A DNA stretch of 62,340 bases, counting the filler. It is 5 parts of 5 records of this genome, joined end to end, with 100 filler letters (N's around TTAATTAATTAA, not from the genome) between each part and the next. Parts side by side here need not be neighbours in the genome. Positions count along the whole stretch, not along the records: positions 32,569 to 56,750 come from SRR31156797_7458; positions 56,851 to 62,340 come from SRR31156797_7521; 3 more parts are not named here. The stretch is one strand, 5' to 3'. Below, one piece after another: positions 54,625 through 62,340 of this stretch (position 1 is the stretch's first letter; every line of letters begins with the position of its first letter). Made by a program: the position numbers and the translations under genes. The notes under the pieces are model-generated. The model saw only the letters and a list, made by a program, of their open reading frames with translations. It ran no database searches and was not told the DNA's origin.

Positions 54625-55752
54625 TTATTTTTTACTAAGCTTAATCTCAAATAATTTAGGCCAGCGCTTTCCTGTAACAAACATTCTTTGGTTAAGAGAG
54701 TCCCAGGCAATCCCATTTAGAACATCATCATTTTTATCCAATTTGTTTTTCTCTGATTGCTTCAGGATAGATCCAAGATTAATATTACCCTCAACTCTAC
54801 CGGTTTTAGGATTGATGATTACAATTCTATCGCTTAACCATACGTTGGCATAAATCTTACCATCGATATATTCCAATTCGTTTAAATTGGTCACTTTGCC
54901 TGCATGGTCGTATACCTCAATTGTTCTTATTCTTCCAAAATTGGTGTCATCCAGAACAGTTAAAACATTGGTTCCATCAGAAATTATCAACTCATTATTT
55001 GTATTAGTAATTCCCCAACCTTGATTATTAGTAGTATTTGGCTCAAATGAATCTATTTTCTCGAATGTTTCCGGATCAACAACAAATACCTTTCTAGAGT
55101 TCCAGGTCAGTTGGATGATCCTATTTTTACTTAAGGTAATTCCTTCTCCAAAATATTCCTGTTCCAAATTTTTGATCGATAAAGCCTCTCCATTTTCCAA
55201 CTTCACCTTACGCAAACTCGACTCTCCATGCTGTCCAGTTCCTTCATATAGAAATCCTTGGTGATAAAACAATCCCTGTGTATAAGCTCTTTTATCATGC
55301 GGAAATGAATTTACGATCTCAAATCCATATTCATCTGGAGCTTGATTTGATTTTACATTCACATAGGTATTCACCAAACCAACTTTACCATTATCGTGAT
55401 AAGCCAGAAGCTTTAACTTGTGCTTACCCATATTTCCCTTTTCAGGAGTCCATTTCAAAACCCAAGGCTTTTGAGTCAAAGTACTTACCAATTTGCCATC
55501 ACCAATCACTTGTAAAGAATCAATATCACCTGCTTTTTTTCTAGGATGTATATCTATCAAAACCTCTTCCCCATAAGTAAACAAATCACCTCTGTGTGGA
55601 GATTTCAATCGCATACTACTAATATATTCAACAGTTTTTTCGACTGCTTTTTCTTCTTTATTCTTAGCAGGTAAAGTTCGATTTGCTCCATTCCCGTTAC
55701 ATCCGATAATAATAACAGCAAATAGGCTTATTAGTAGAGTATGAAATTTCAT
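54625..55752 (-). CDS. glutaminyl-peptide cyclotransferase (beta-propeller type), lipoprotein with extra N-terminal Ig-like domain
   Basis: Lipobox IIGC; FPHD..AYTQGL, EGTG..G.S, FGEGIT, QLTW, GWGIT, SDGT, LNELE, VLNGIAWD, VTGKRWP.LFEI. Confidence 0.9.
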   Translation of the reverse strand: MKFHTLLISLFAVIIIGCNGNGANRTLPAKNKEEKAVEKTVEYISSMRLKSPHRGDLFTYGEEVLIDIHPRKKAGDIDSLQVIGDGKLVSTLTQKPWVLKWTPEKGNMGKHKLKLLAYHDNGKVGLVNTYVNVKSNQAPDEYGFEIVNSFPHDKRAYTQGLFYHQGFLYEGTGQHGESSLRKVKLENGEALSIKNLEQEYFGEGITLSKNRIIQLTWNSRKVFVVDPETFEKIDSFEPNTTNNQGWGITNTNNELIISDGTNVLTVLDDTNFGRIRTIEVYDHAGKVTNLNELEYIDGKIYANVWLSDRIVIINPKTGRVEGNINLGSILKQSEKNKLDKNDDVLNGIAWDSLNQRMFVTGKRWPKLFEIKLSKK

Positions 55753-55805
55753 TATTGTACTTTGTTTAATCGTTTAGATGATCTAAGCTAAATTAGCTAA
55801 AAAAT

Positions 55806-55837
55806 AAAAAAACTGCCCTGATTACTCAGGACAGTTT
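55806..55837 (-). terminator. intrinsic terminator after cysS
   Basis: On -: AAACTGTCCTGA-GTAA-TCAGGGCAGTTT followed by a T run. Confidence 0.75.
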
Positions 55838-55840
55838 CAA

Positions 55841-56749
55841 TTATTTTATGATTTCCCATTCAAAACCATCTTTGGTGTCTTTCACCGCTATGCCTAAATT
55901 GGTCAACTCATCTCTTATTCGATCGGCGGTAGCCCAATCTTTATTCTTTTTGGCTTCGTTTCTGGTAGTAAGCAATAATGAAATTACTTTATCCAATATT
56001 TCGTTGTTACCTTCTTCCTCGCCTTCTTCGTTTAATCCTAAAACATCAAAAACCAAGCTTCGATATAAAACTTTTAAAGCTTCCAAATCTTCAGCATTAA
56101 TTTTCTCGTTTCCAACGGCTAATGAATTGATCATTTTAACTCCATCAAACAAATGAGCAATTAAAATAGGTGTATTTAAATCATCATTTAAAGCCTCATA
56201 AGATTTTGCTTTTAAGCTGGCAACATCAACAGTAGATGAATCTGAAACCTGAATTTTATCCAAAGTTCTGATAGCTGTCATCATACGCTTGAAACCTTTC
56301 TCTGCTGCTTTTAGTGCGTCATTCGAGAAATCAAGTGGGCTTCGGTAATGTGCCTGCAACATGAAAAAACGAACGGTCATTGGGCTATAAGCCTGCTCTA
56401 ACACATCATTCTCTCCTGAGAACATATTAGAAAGAGTGATAAAGTTACCCAATGATTTCCCCATCTTTTGACCATTAATGGTAATCATGTTATTGTGCAT
56501 CCAGTACTTCACAGCTTCTTTACCATAAGCACCTGTCGATTGTGCAATCTCACACTCGTGGTGCGGAAACTGTAAATCCAATCCACCTCCGTGAATATCA
56601 AATTCAGCTCCTAAATATTTTTGGCTCATTGCAGAACACTCCAAGTGCCATCCAGGAAAACCATCACTCCATTTCGATGGCCAACGCATGATATGCTCTG
56701 GTGCTGCCTTTTTCCAAAGAGCAAAATCAAAAGAATTTTTCTTTTCACT
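55841..56749 (-). CDS. cysS: cysteine--tRNA ligase, C-terminal part (5'-truncated)
   Basis: [62 protein letters not shown]. Confidence 0.96.
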   Translation of the reverse strand, partial: SEKKNSFDFALWKKAAPEHIMRWPSKWSDGFPGWHLECSAMSQKYLGAEFDIHGGGLDLQFPHHECEIAQSTGAYGKEAVKYWMHNNMITINGQKMGKSLGNFITLSNMFSGENDVLEQAYSPMTVRFFMLQAHYRSPLDFSNDALKAAEKGFKRMMTAIRTLDKIQVSDSSTVDVASLKAKSYEALNDDLNTPILIAHLFDGVKMINSLAVGNEKINAEDLEALKVLYRSLVFDVLGLNEEGEEEGNNEILDKVISLLLTTRNEAKKNKDWATADRIRDELTNLGIAVKDTKDGFEWEIIK

Positions 56750-56750
56750 T

Positions 56751-56850
56751 NNNNNNNNNNNNNNNNNNNNNNNNNNNNNNNNNNNNNNNNNNNNTTAATT
56801 AATTAANNNNNNNNNNNNNNNNNNNNNNNNNNNNNNNNNNNNNNNNNNNN
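56751..56850. other. artificial contig-joining spacer
   Basis: 44 N + TTAATTAATTAA + 44 N. Confidence 0.98.
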
Positions 56851-57258
56851 GGCCAGGTTTGTCGTTATATGGCCCAAACGTTGGGAATTGTATTCAAAGT
56901 TGGAATGGCCGACCGGAGCAGCCGGCTGGGTCGTAGCAGCAGGTTGAGCGGCGACAGCCGCGTCATTCTTGACCCAGGACACGCAGCCGGCCTTAGTTCT
57001 TTTCTTTCCAACCTCGCTGCTAAGCCAGCAAAGCGCTTTTTTAGCCATCAAACCCGGCCTGAAATAGGTACATGATTGGCATTTCGGGTCTTTCATGCAG
57101 GCATCACGGCAAAGGTTCGGATCGCCCCTTTCCAGGGCCATGTTTTTATAAACCCTGCCTTCCCGTTTAACATTCCTCTCCAGCTCACCGGCGAATGAAG
57201 TATTGGTTATGAAGATTAATAATAGACACCCACCGATAATCTTAAACCACTTGGGCAT
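56851..57258 (-). CDS. secreted PAN/apple-domain protein (3'-truncated)
   Basis: AAGGAGG SD; signal peptide; CRDAC..DPKC...TY.....CWL.......CVS pattern; Ala/Pro linker then start of a second repeat (FEYNSQRLG). Confidence 0.75.
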
Positions 57259-57646
57259 GATGTAGCCTCCTTAAGCATCACGAAAACGTAAATTCGGCGA
57301 TATAAAGCCGATCAGATTTTTATCCGAATGCGTGCAAAACCGTTTAATCGGATTACAGCATTTACAACTATTTGTGACGATTTCCCCTAAGGCTATCTTC
57401 CATGGTACAATATTCTATTGTCTTTTCCAGGCTTCCTCGAATATTTAGCTAATAAAACGAAACCGGATTCCTATGAACCCCAAACCCGGTCGCTTCCTCA
57501 CATTAACAACGCATGACTTATAAAATTGTTTTAGACAAAGCCCAGCCCATATAATCAAGTACTTAAGCAAAATGAATTCAAAGGCTGTCCTGAGTGAGAT
57601 AAATATATGCGGCAAATGTATATATAGCTTAATAAATTGATGCAAG

Positions 57647-58576
57647 TTAAGGATTGTTCAATTTACCCGATATAAACCCGCAAATTTCATCCATGGCTTG
57701 CCTTGCTTCCGGGAAGAGAGGAGAACAAGCGGGATAACAATGGCACATTTTTTCACCAATCCGTAACGTGACCTCCACGCCGGCGTCTTTCGCTTTTTGC
57801 GCGAACCGGATCGAGTCATCTCGAAGTGCTTCGTTTTCCCCTGCATAAAGGCACAAGGGCGGCAACCCATGAAGATCGCCATAAAGAGGTGATATCCAGG
57901 GCAGCGCGGGATCATTGTCTCCAACATAGTGTTTACTGCAGGCAGTCCACGAATTCTTTGGCGAAAGGCATATTTCGGCATTGGTCAGGTAGGACTCGCC
58001 CGTGCATTTAAGGTCTGTCCAGGGCGAAAACGCAACCGCGGCCGCGGGCAGTGGAAGGCCTTGATCGCGCAGGGCGAGAAGTGTGGCCAGGCACAATCCT
58101 CCCCCGGCGGAATCCCCGACAAACACTACCTTGGAAGCAGAATAACCCTGATTCAACAGCCATTGATAAGCCTCTATCGAATCATCCAGAGCGGCCGGAA
58201 AGGGATGTTCCGGCGCCAGTCGATATTCAAACAAAAGTGCGCTTACCCGGCTGCCTTTGACAAACTTGGAAACTATACCTCGGTGGTTCCGGATCGAGCC
58301 AAGGACATAACCGCCCCCATGAAAGTAGAGTATCGCTTGTTCATCAAATGCGGGTTCCAATCGAATCCATTCGGCGGCAATATCCCCGATTTTTTCAGAG
58401 GAAACCCGGATGCCTTTCGGGACCTTTCCCAACAACTTGGAAGCCTTGGCTGCGGAACGGCGAACCTCGGGAAGTGATGTTTCCCATTCAAGACCCGATT
58501 CCGGTTTCAGTTTGAAGTGAAAAAAATGGCGGTTTCTAAGTATAAAAAGAAAGGCTCGGCTTCTATAACTCAACAT
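57647..58576 (-). CDS. alpha/beta hydrolase, hormone-sensitive-lipase family esterase
   Basis: HGGGY, YRLAPEHPFPAALDD, GDSAGG, FSPWTDL, E.LRDD, MCH. Confidence 0.93.
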   Translation of the reverse strand: MLSYRSRAFLFILRNRHFFHFKLKPESGLEWETSLPEVRRSAAKASKLLGKVPKGIRVSSEKIGDIAAEWIRLEPAFDEQAILYFHGGGYVLGSIRNHRGIVSKFVKGSRVSALLFEYRLAPEHPFPAALDDSIEAYQWLLNQGYSASKVVFVGDSAGGGLCLATLLALRDQGLPLPAAAVAFSPWTDLKCTGESYLTNAEICLSPKNSWTACSKHYVGDNDPALPWISPLYGDLHGLPPLCLYAGENEALRDDSIRFAQKAKDAGVEVTLRIGEKMCHCYPACSPLFPEARQAMDEICGFISGKLNNP

Positions 58577-58689
58577 TATCTTATTCTCCCGCTAAAAAAT
58601 ATCGTACAACGGCAAATGAATTATTCATCCCGGGTATATGGGAGAATCTAATGTTTCGTATAGTAAAAACGCGACAAAAGATGAATATT

Positions 58690-59481
58690 TTACTGGCGGT
58701 AACGGTGCACGATTCCGGTATTCGGCTTTTCAGCCAGCCTCCCCGTGTGGCCCAAACTTATTTCTCCGGGGAGATGGCCGGTCATATCCCTGAAATCCTT
58801 GATCATATGTGATTGGTCAGTATAGCCGCACACAAAGGCCGTCTGGGCCATATTTTCAAAGGCGCCCGTCCGGAGCATCGAAAGCAGTCGTCTGAGTCGT
58901 ACAAAACGGGACAGCCGCTTGGGAGACATCCCAAAGTGTTCTGCAAACAGACGTTCGAGGCTGCGGATGTTGAGACCGAGCATTGAGGCGAGCTCACCGA
59001 TCTTGAGCTGTCCGCCATGGGCTTCGAGGAGTAAAGCCGCCTGCCGGCAACGTTTATCCCGGATGAGAGGACGGGCTCGTCGCAACTGGTCTTCCATCAC
59101 AAGACGCCTGGATGCCAAATCCGGCAGAGCGTGGATTTGATCAGCCAGGGAATCAATCCGTATTCCCATAAAATGAGTCAGCTCGATGCGTCCATCAATA
59201 AGATCGTAAGGATGAACGTCGGCCAGAACAGGAACCTGCCCTGCACGGAAACGCAGGCCCATATAATCAGACTCATGGTCAATTTCAATACACGCTTTTT
59301 CAGTGGCCGGCCCCAGCAAAACCATGCGACAACAAGAGGAGGAAAACCTGAAAACAAGGTCCACGTTACTGTCCGGATAAACCTCGTAAAAGGCTCTGCC
59401 GCTTGGGCCTTCCTTGGTTAAGGACCACCATGTCTCTATTTTTCGACCCAAATCCGGTGAAGGGATGTCAAGGTCAATCAT
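58690..59481 (-). CDS. AraC-family transcriptional regulator
   Basis: N-terminal PD..VDLVF/G.RF sensor region; R.LERLF..HFGMSPK...R..R; GYTDQSHMIKDFR..TG..P. Confidence 0.9.
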   Translation of the reverse strand: MIDLDIPSPDLGRKIETWWSLTKEGPSGRAFYEVYPDSNVDLVFRFSSSCCRMVLLGPATEKACIEIDHESDYMGLRFRAGQVPVLADVHPYDLIDGRIELTHFMGIRIDSLADQIHALPDLASRRLVMEDQLRRARPLIRDKRCRQAALLLEAHGGQLKIGELASMLGLNIRSLERLFAEHFGMSPKRLSRFVRLRRLLSMLRTGAFENMAQTAFVCGYTDQSHMIKDFRDMTGHLPGEISLGHTGRLAEKPNTGIVHRYRQ

Positions 59482-59848
59482 TTTAACCTCTAAGCAATAT
59501 TAAATCTAAAAGCCTTCTTCACTACAAGCCGTCCAAAAACCAGAAATATGGCTCAAGGTCAAGGAGGAAATAAAGAGTCATCCTGCAATGTCATATAGTA
59601 TTATGATCATACGCATGAAATTATCATGAATTATTGGTGAAAACTCCCGGTAAATCGTGGTATTAATATTTTTCGCTTCCAAGAACCTTATAAAAGGGAT
59701 GTTAATAAGCCAGCGCCCGCAGGTTGTTAAAAAAGGGCTCGCCCAAGGTGTAAGGGTGATGACCCTTTATGAACATCTACAGGATAATTTTAGACTTTTT
59801 ACCGATTGGACAAACTTATTATCTAATTTATAAAAGGAACTTGAGAAC

Positions 59849-60646
59849 ATGAACAATGACGATGTTTTGGTAAAAAAAGAGGGGCGGGTTTGCACGATTA
59901 TATTAAACCGGCCGGAAAAAAGAAATTCGCTGACTCCGGATATGCTCATTAAGATGCGAGCGCACCTGGAAAAACTGGCTGAAGAAGACCAGGTCCGGGC
60001 CGTAGTGATAAGGGGCGTGGGCGACAAGGCATTTTGCGCCGGGTATGACATTACGGCTCTGCCGACCGCAAACATTCGGAAAGAAAATCCGCAAGCCAGG
60101 GAAGAAAATCATTTTGAAGCGGCAATGGAAAGCATTCAGAACTTTCCCTACCCTGTTATTGCCATGCTTAACGGTTATGCCTTCGGAGGCGGATGCGACC
60201 TGGCCGTAACTTGCGACATGCGCATCGGCGCATCCGATATCAAGATGGGCATGGTTCCGGCCAGGCTGGGCGTGGTTTACTTCCCGAGCGGCCTTAAAAG
60301 GTTTATCAACGTCATCGGCCTTTCCGCGACCAGGGAAATGTTTTTTACCGGCCAGACTTATAATTCGGACAGTCTGAAGGAAATCGGCATGGTAAATTAT
60401 ATCGTCCCCAAAGACGATCTTGAATCATTCACTTACAATATCGCTTCGACCATAGCGGCCAACGCTCCGCTTTCTTTAAAGGGGACAAAAAGAATAATCA
60501 ATTTGCTACTAAAATCCGAATCAATGGCCGCGGACGACACGGCGGAGTGCGAGCGCCTCATTATGGAAGCATTTGCCAGCGATGACCTTAAAGAAGGGCA
60601 ACTGGCCTTTTTGGAAAAAAGAAGCCCGAATTTTAAAGGCTGTTAA
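59849..60646 (+). CDS. enoyl-CoA hydratase/isomerase family protein
   Basis: LNRPEKRNSL, KAFCAGYDI, PVIAMLNGYAFGGG, CDMRI, EGQLAFLEKR.P.FKG. Confidence 0.92.
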   Translation: MNNDDVLVKKEGRVCTIILNRPEKRNSLTPDMLIKMRAHLEKLAEEDQVRAVVIRGVGDKAFCAGYDITALPTANIRKENPQAREENHFEAAMESIQNFPYPVIAMLNGYAFGGGCDLAVTCDMRIGASDIKMGMVPARLGVVYFPSGLKRFINVIGLSATREMFFTGQTYNSDSLKEIGMVNYIVPKDDLESFTYNIASTIAANAPLSLKGTKRIINLLLKSESMAADDTAECERLIMEAFASDDLKEGQLAFLEKRSPNFKGC

Positions 60647-60717
60647 TTATTTCCGTATTAGGAGAACTTCAAGCAATGTAACTACATGAGCAATCCTAAA
60701 ATTGGGGAGGTGGAAAA

Positions 60718-62271
60718 ATGATCGAACGTCCTGCAATAAACATCAGCGCCGTCATATCGACCCATGCCCGATTTAGAGGCGGCAATACGGCTTTTGTTTG
60801 CGGCGAACGGCGGGTGACCTGGGCGGAATTCGACAAAAGAGTAAATATTACCGCCAACGCCCTGATTAACGCTGGTTTGAAAAAGGGGGATAAAGTAGGC
60901 CTTTTAGGGCTTAATGCAATTGAAACCCTCGAGATCATGTATGGAACCCTCAGGGCCGGCGGTGTGATCGTTCCCCTTTCCGCCCTCCTCACCCCGGACA
61001 TAATAGCTTCTTTGATTGATGACTCCGGATCGGTTTTCTTCTTTGTCGCTTCACCTTTAGAAGCATTGGCTGTTCCGATTGAAGACAAACTTGATAACAT
61101 TCCTGCCGGCAGGCGAATTGCCCTTGGATTTGAGCGGGAAGGGTGGATCGGTTATGAAGCCTTTCTTGAAAACGCTTCTGATGAAGAGGTGTACGTTCCA
61201 ACAGAAGATGATGACGAATGCAACATTATTTATTCGTCCGGCACCACCGGCGTTCCCAAGGGAATAGTGCATACTCATTTTGCCAGGCAATTGTTCGCCT
61301 TTGCCGGCGCCCTTGAATTCAGAATAACTTCATCATCCAAAACCCTGATCATAACGCCGCTTTTCACCAATGCTTCATGGATAATGCTATTAGGCACGGT
61401 TACCGCTGGCGGGATAAGCATTTTCATGCCGCTTTTCGATCCTGTAGGCTTTATGAAAATAGTCCAGGAAGAAAAAGCGACCAATACATTTCTCGTACCC
61501 ACCATGTATCAAACCCTGCTTGACAATCCGGAATTCGGCAAATACGACCTGAGCAGCTTGAAGGTCATGGTTTCCATGGGTTCGGCCCTGCCATTACCTC
61601 TAAAAAGGCGCATACTTGATAAGTTGGGGAAAGGTCTTTTAGAGCTTTATGGAACAACCGAAGGCGTAGGAACAACGCTCAAGCCGGAAGATATTGAAAC
61701 CAAAACCGGATCAGTTGGCACTCCGATTTCCGGTACGGACATGAAAATAATTGATGATAACGACAATGAACTGCCCATGGGAGAAATCGGAGAGATTATT
61801 GGCACAAGCCCGGGTATGATGAAGTTCTATCTCAATCGGCCCAAGGAAACCGAGGAATTGATCTGGAAGGATGAAAAAGGAAGGACTTATATAAAAACCG
61901 GCGACGTGGGGCGTTTTGACGAGGACGGCTTCCTTTATATCCTCGACCGTAAAAAAGACATGATCGTTTCCGGGGGCATAAACGTTTTTGCCATTGATAT
62001 CGAAGAAAAGCTGATCGAGCATCCCGGAGTCCAGGAAGTTGCAGTCATTGCCGTGCCCCATGAAAAATGGATTGAATCTCCATTGGCCGTGATCATGCCC
62101 AGGCCGGAAAACACAAGCACTACAGATGAAATAAAGGAATGGGTGAATTCAAAAGTAGCCAAGCACCAGCGGGTCAGCGAAGTGGTTTTGCGAGACGAAC
62201 CCCTTCCTCGCAATGCATTGGGCAAAGTCATGAAAAAGATTCTTCGGGAGCCTTATTGGGAAGGCAAGTGA
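60718..62271 (+). CDS. acyl-CoA synthetase (AMP-binding) family protein
   Basis: IIYSSGTTGVPKG, YGTTEG, TGDVG, DRKKDMIVSGG.N, PRNALGK. Confidence 0.93.
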   Translation: MIERPAINISAVISTHARFRGGNTAFVCGERRVTWAEFDKRVNITANALINAGLKKGDKVGLLGLNAIETLEIMYGTLRAGGVIVPLSALLTPDIIASLIDDSGSVFFFVASPLEALAVPIEDKLDNIPAGRRIALGFEREGWIGYEAFLENASDEEVYVPTEDDDECNIIYSSGTTGVPKGIVHTHFARQLFAFAGALEFRITSSSKTLIITPLFTNASWIMLLGTVTAGGISIFMPLFDPVGFMKIVQEEKATNTFLVPTMYQTLLDNPEFGKYDLSSLKVMVSMGSALPLPLKRRILDKLGKGLLELYGTTEGVGTTLKPEDIETKTGSVGTPISGTDMKIIDDNDNELPMGEIGEIIGTSPGMMKFYLNRPKETEELIWKDEKGRTYIKTGDVGRFDEDGFLYILDRKKDMIVSGGINVFAIDIEEKLIEHPGVQEVAVIAVPHEKWIESPLAVIMPRPENTSTTDEIKEWVNSKVAKHQRVSEVVLRDEPLPRNALGKVMKKILREPYWEGK

Positions 62272-62313
62272 TTATATAACTTTCATACCAGGGAGCATAA
62301 ACAGGTACAATCT

Positions 62314-62338
62314 CGTTCCCGTGCTCCGCGCGGGAACG
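62314..62338. repeat. REP-like GC-rich hairpin
   Basis: CGTTCCCGTGC-TCC-GCGCGGGAACG downstream of the ligase gene. Confidence 0.5.
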
Positions 62339-62340
62339 CA

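Noticed and set aside
57445-57645. 66-aa minus-strand ORF between esterase and PAN protein
   Set aside because: No recognisable domain or convincing SD; likely spurious.

Overview
The window is not one locus. It is five unrelated contigs joined by artificial spacers (44 N + TTAATTAATTAA + 44 N) at 7139-7238, 14655-14754, 32469-32568 and 56751-56850. Taxonomic labels below are inferred from gene content. Contig A (1-7138, FCB-superphylum-like): secreted GLUG/FN3 protein with a C-terminal sorting-type domain, ilvC-cimA-leuB, and several GTAG-type REP palindromes. Contig B (7239-14654, Desulfobacterota-like): exported helical protein + Tat-signal AmrS-like radical SAM + membrane spermidine-synthase-like operon, then a FadR regulator, an ornithine-cyclodeaminase-family enzyme and an amino-acid ABC binding protein. 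Contig C (14755-32468, Clostridia-like, broken at two tRNAs): SPFH, MFS, iscR-iscS-iscU, bofA/sigH, YitT, a degenerate GGDEF-EAL sensor, and a yitJ/split-metH/aconitase-like operon. Contig D (32569-56750, Bacteroidales-like): T9SS porP-gldKLMN, manC, mlaEF, GT4, a TonB-dependent receptor, glutaminyl cyclase and partial cysS. Contig E (56851-62340, Desulfobacterota-like): PAN-domain protein, esterase, AraC, enoyl-CoA hydratase and acyl-CoA ligase. The best candidate for a new system is in contig D: a 121-aa His-rich membrane leader protein ending in a RAPP ribosome-arrest-type motif (49504-49869). It sits between a Bacteroidota promoter and a terminator-like hairpin directly upstream of a CxxC-plug TonB-dependent transporter, suggesting a metal-sensing translational-arrest attenuator. 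The second candidate is the Tat-exported, divergent AmrS-like radical SAM operon in contig B.
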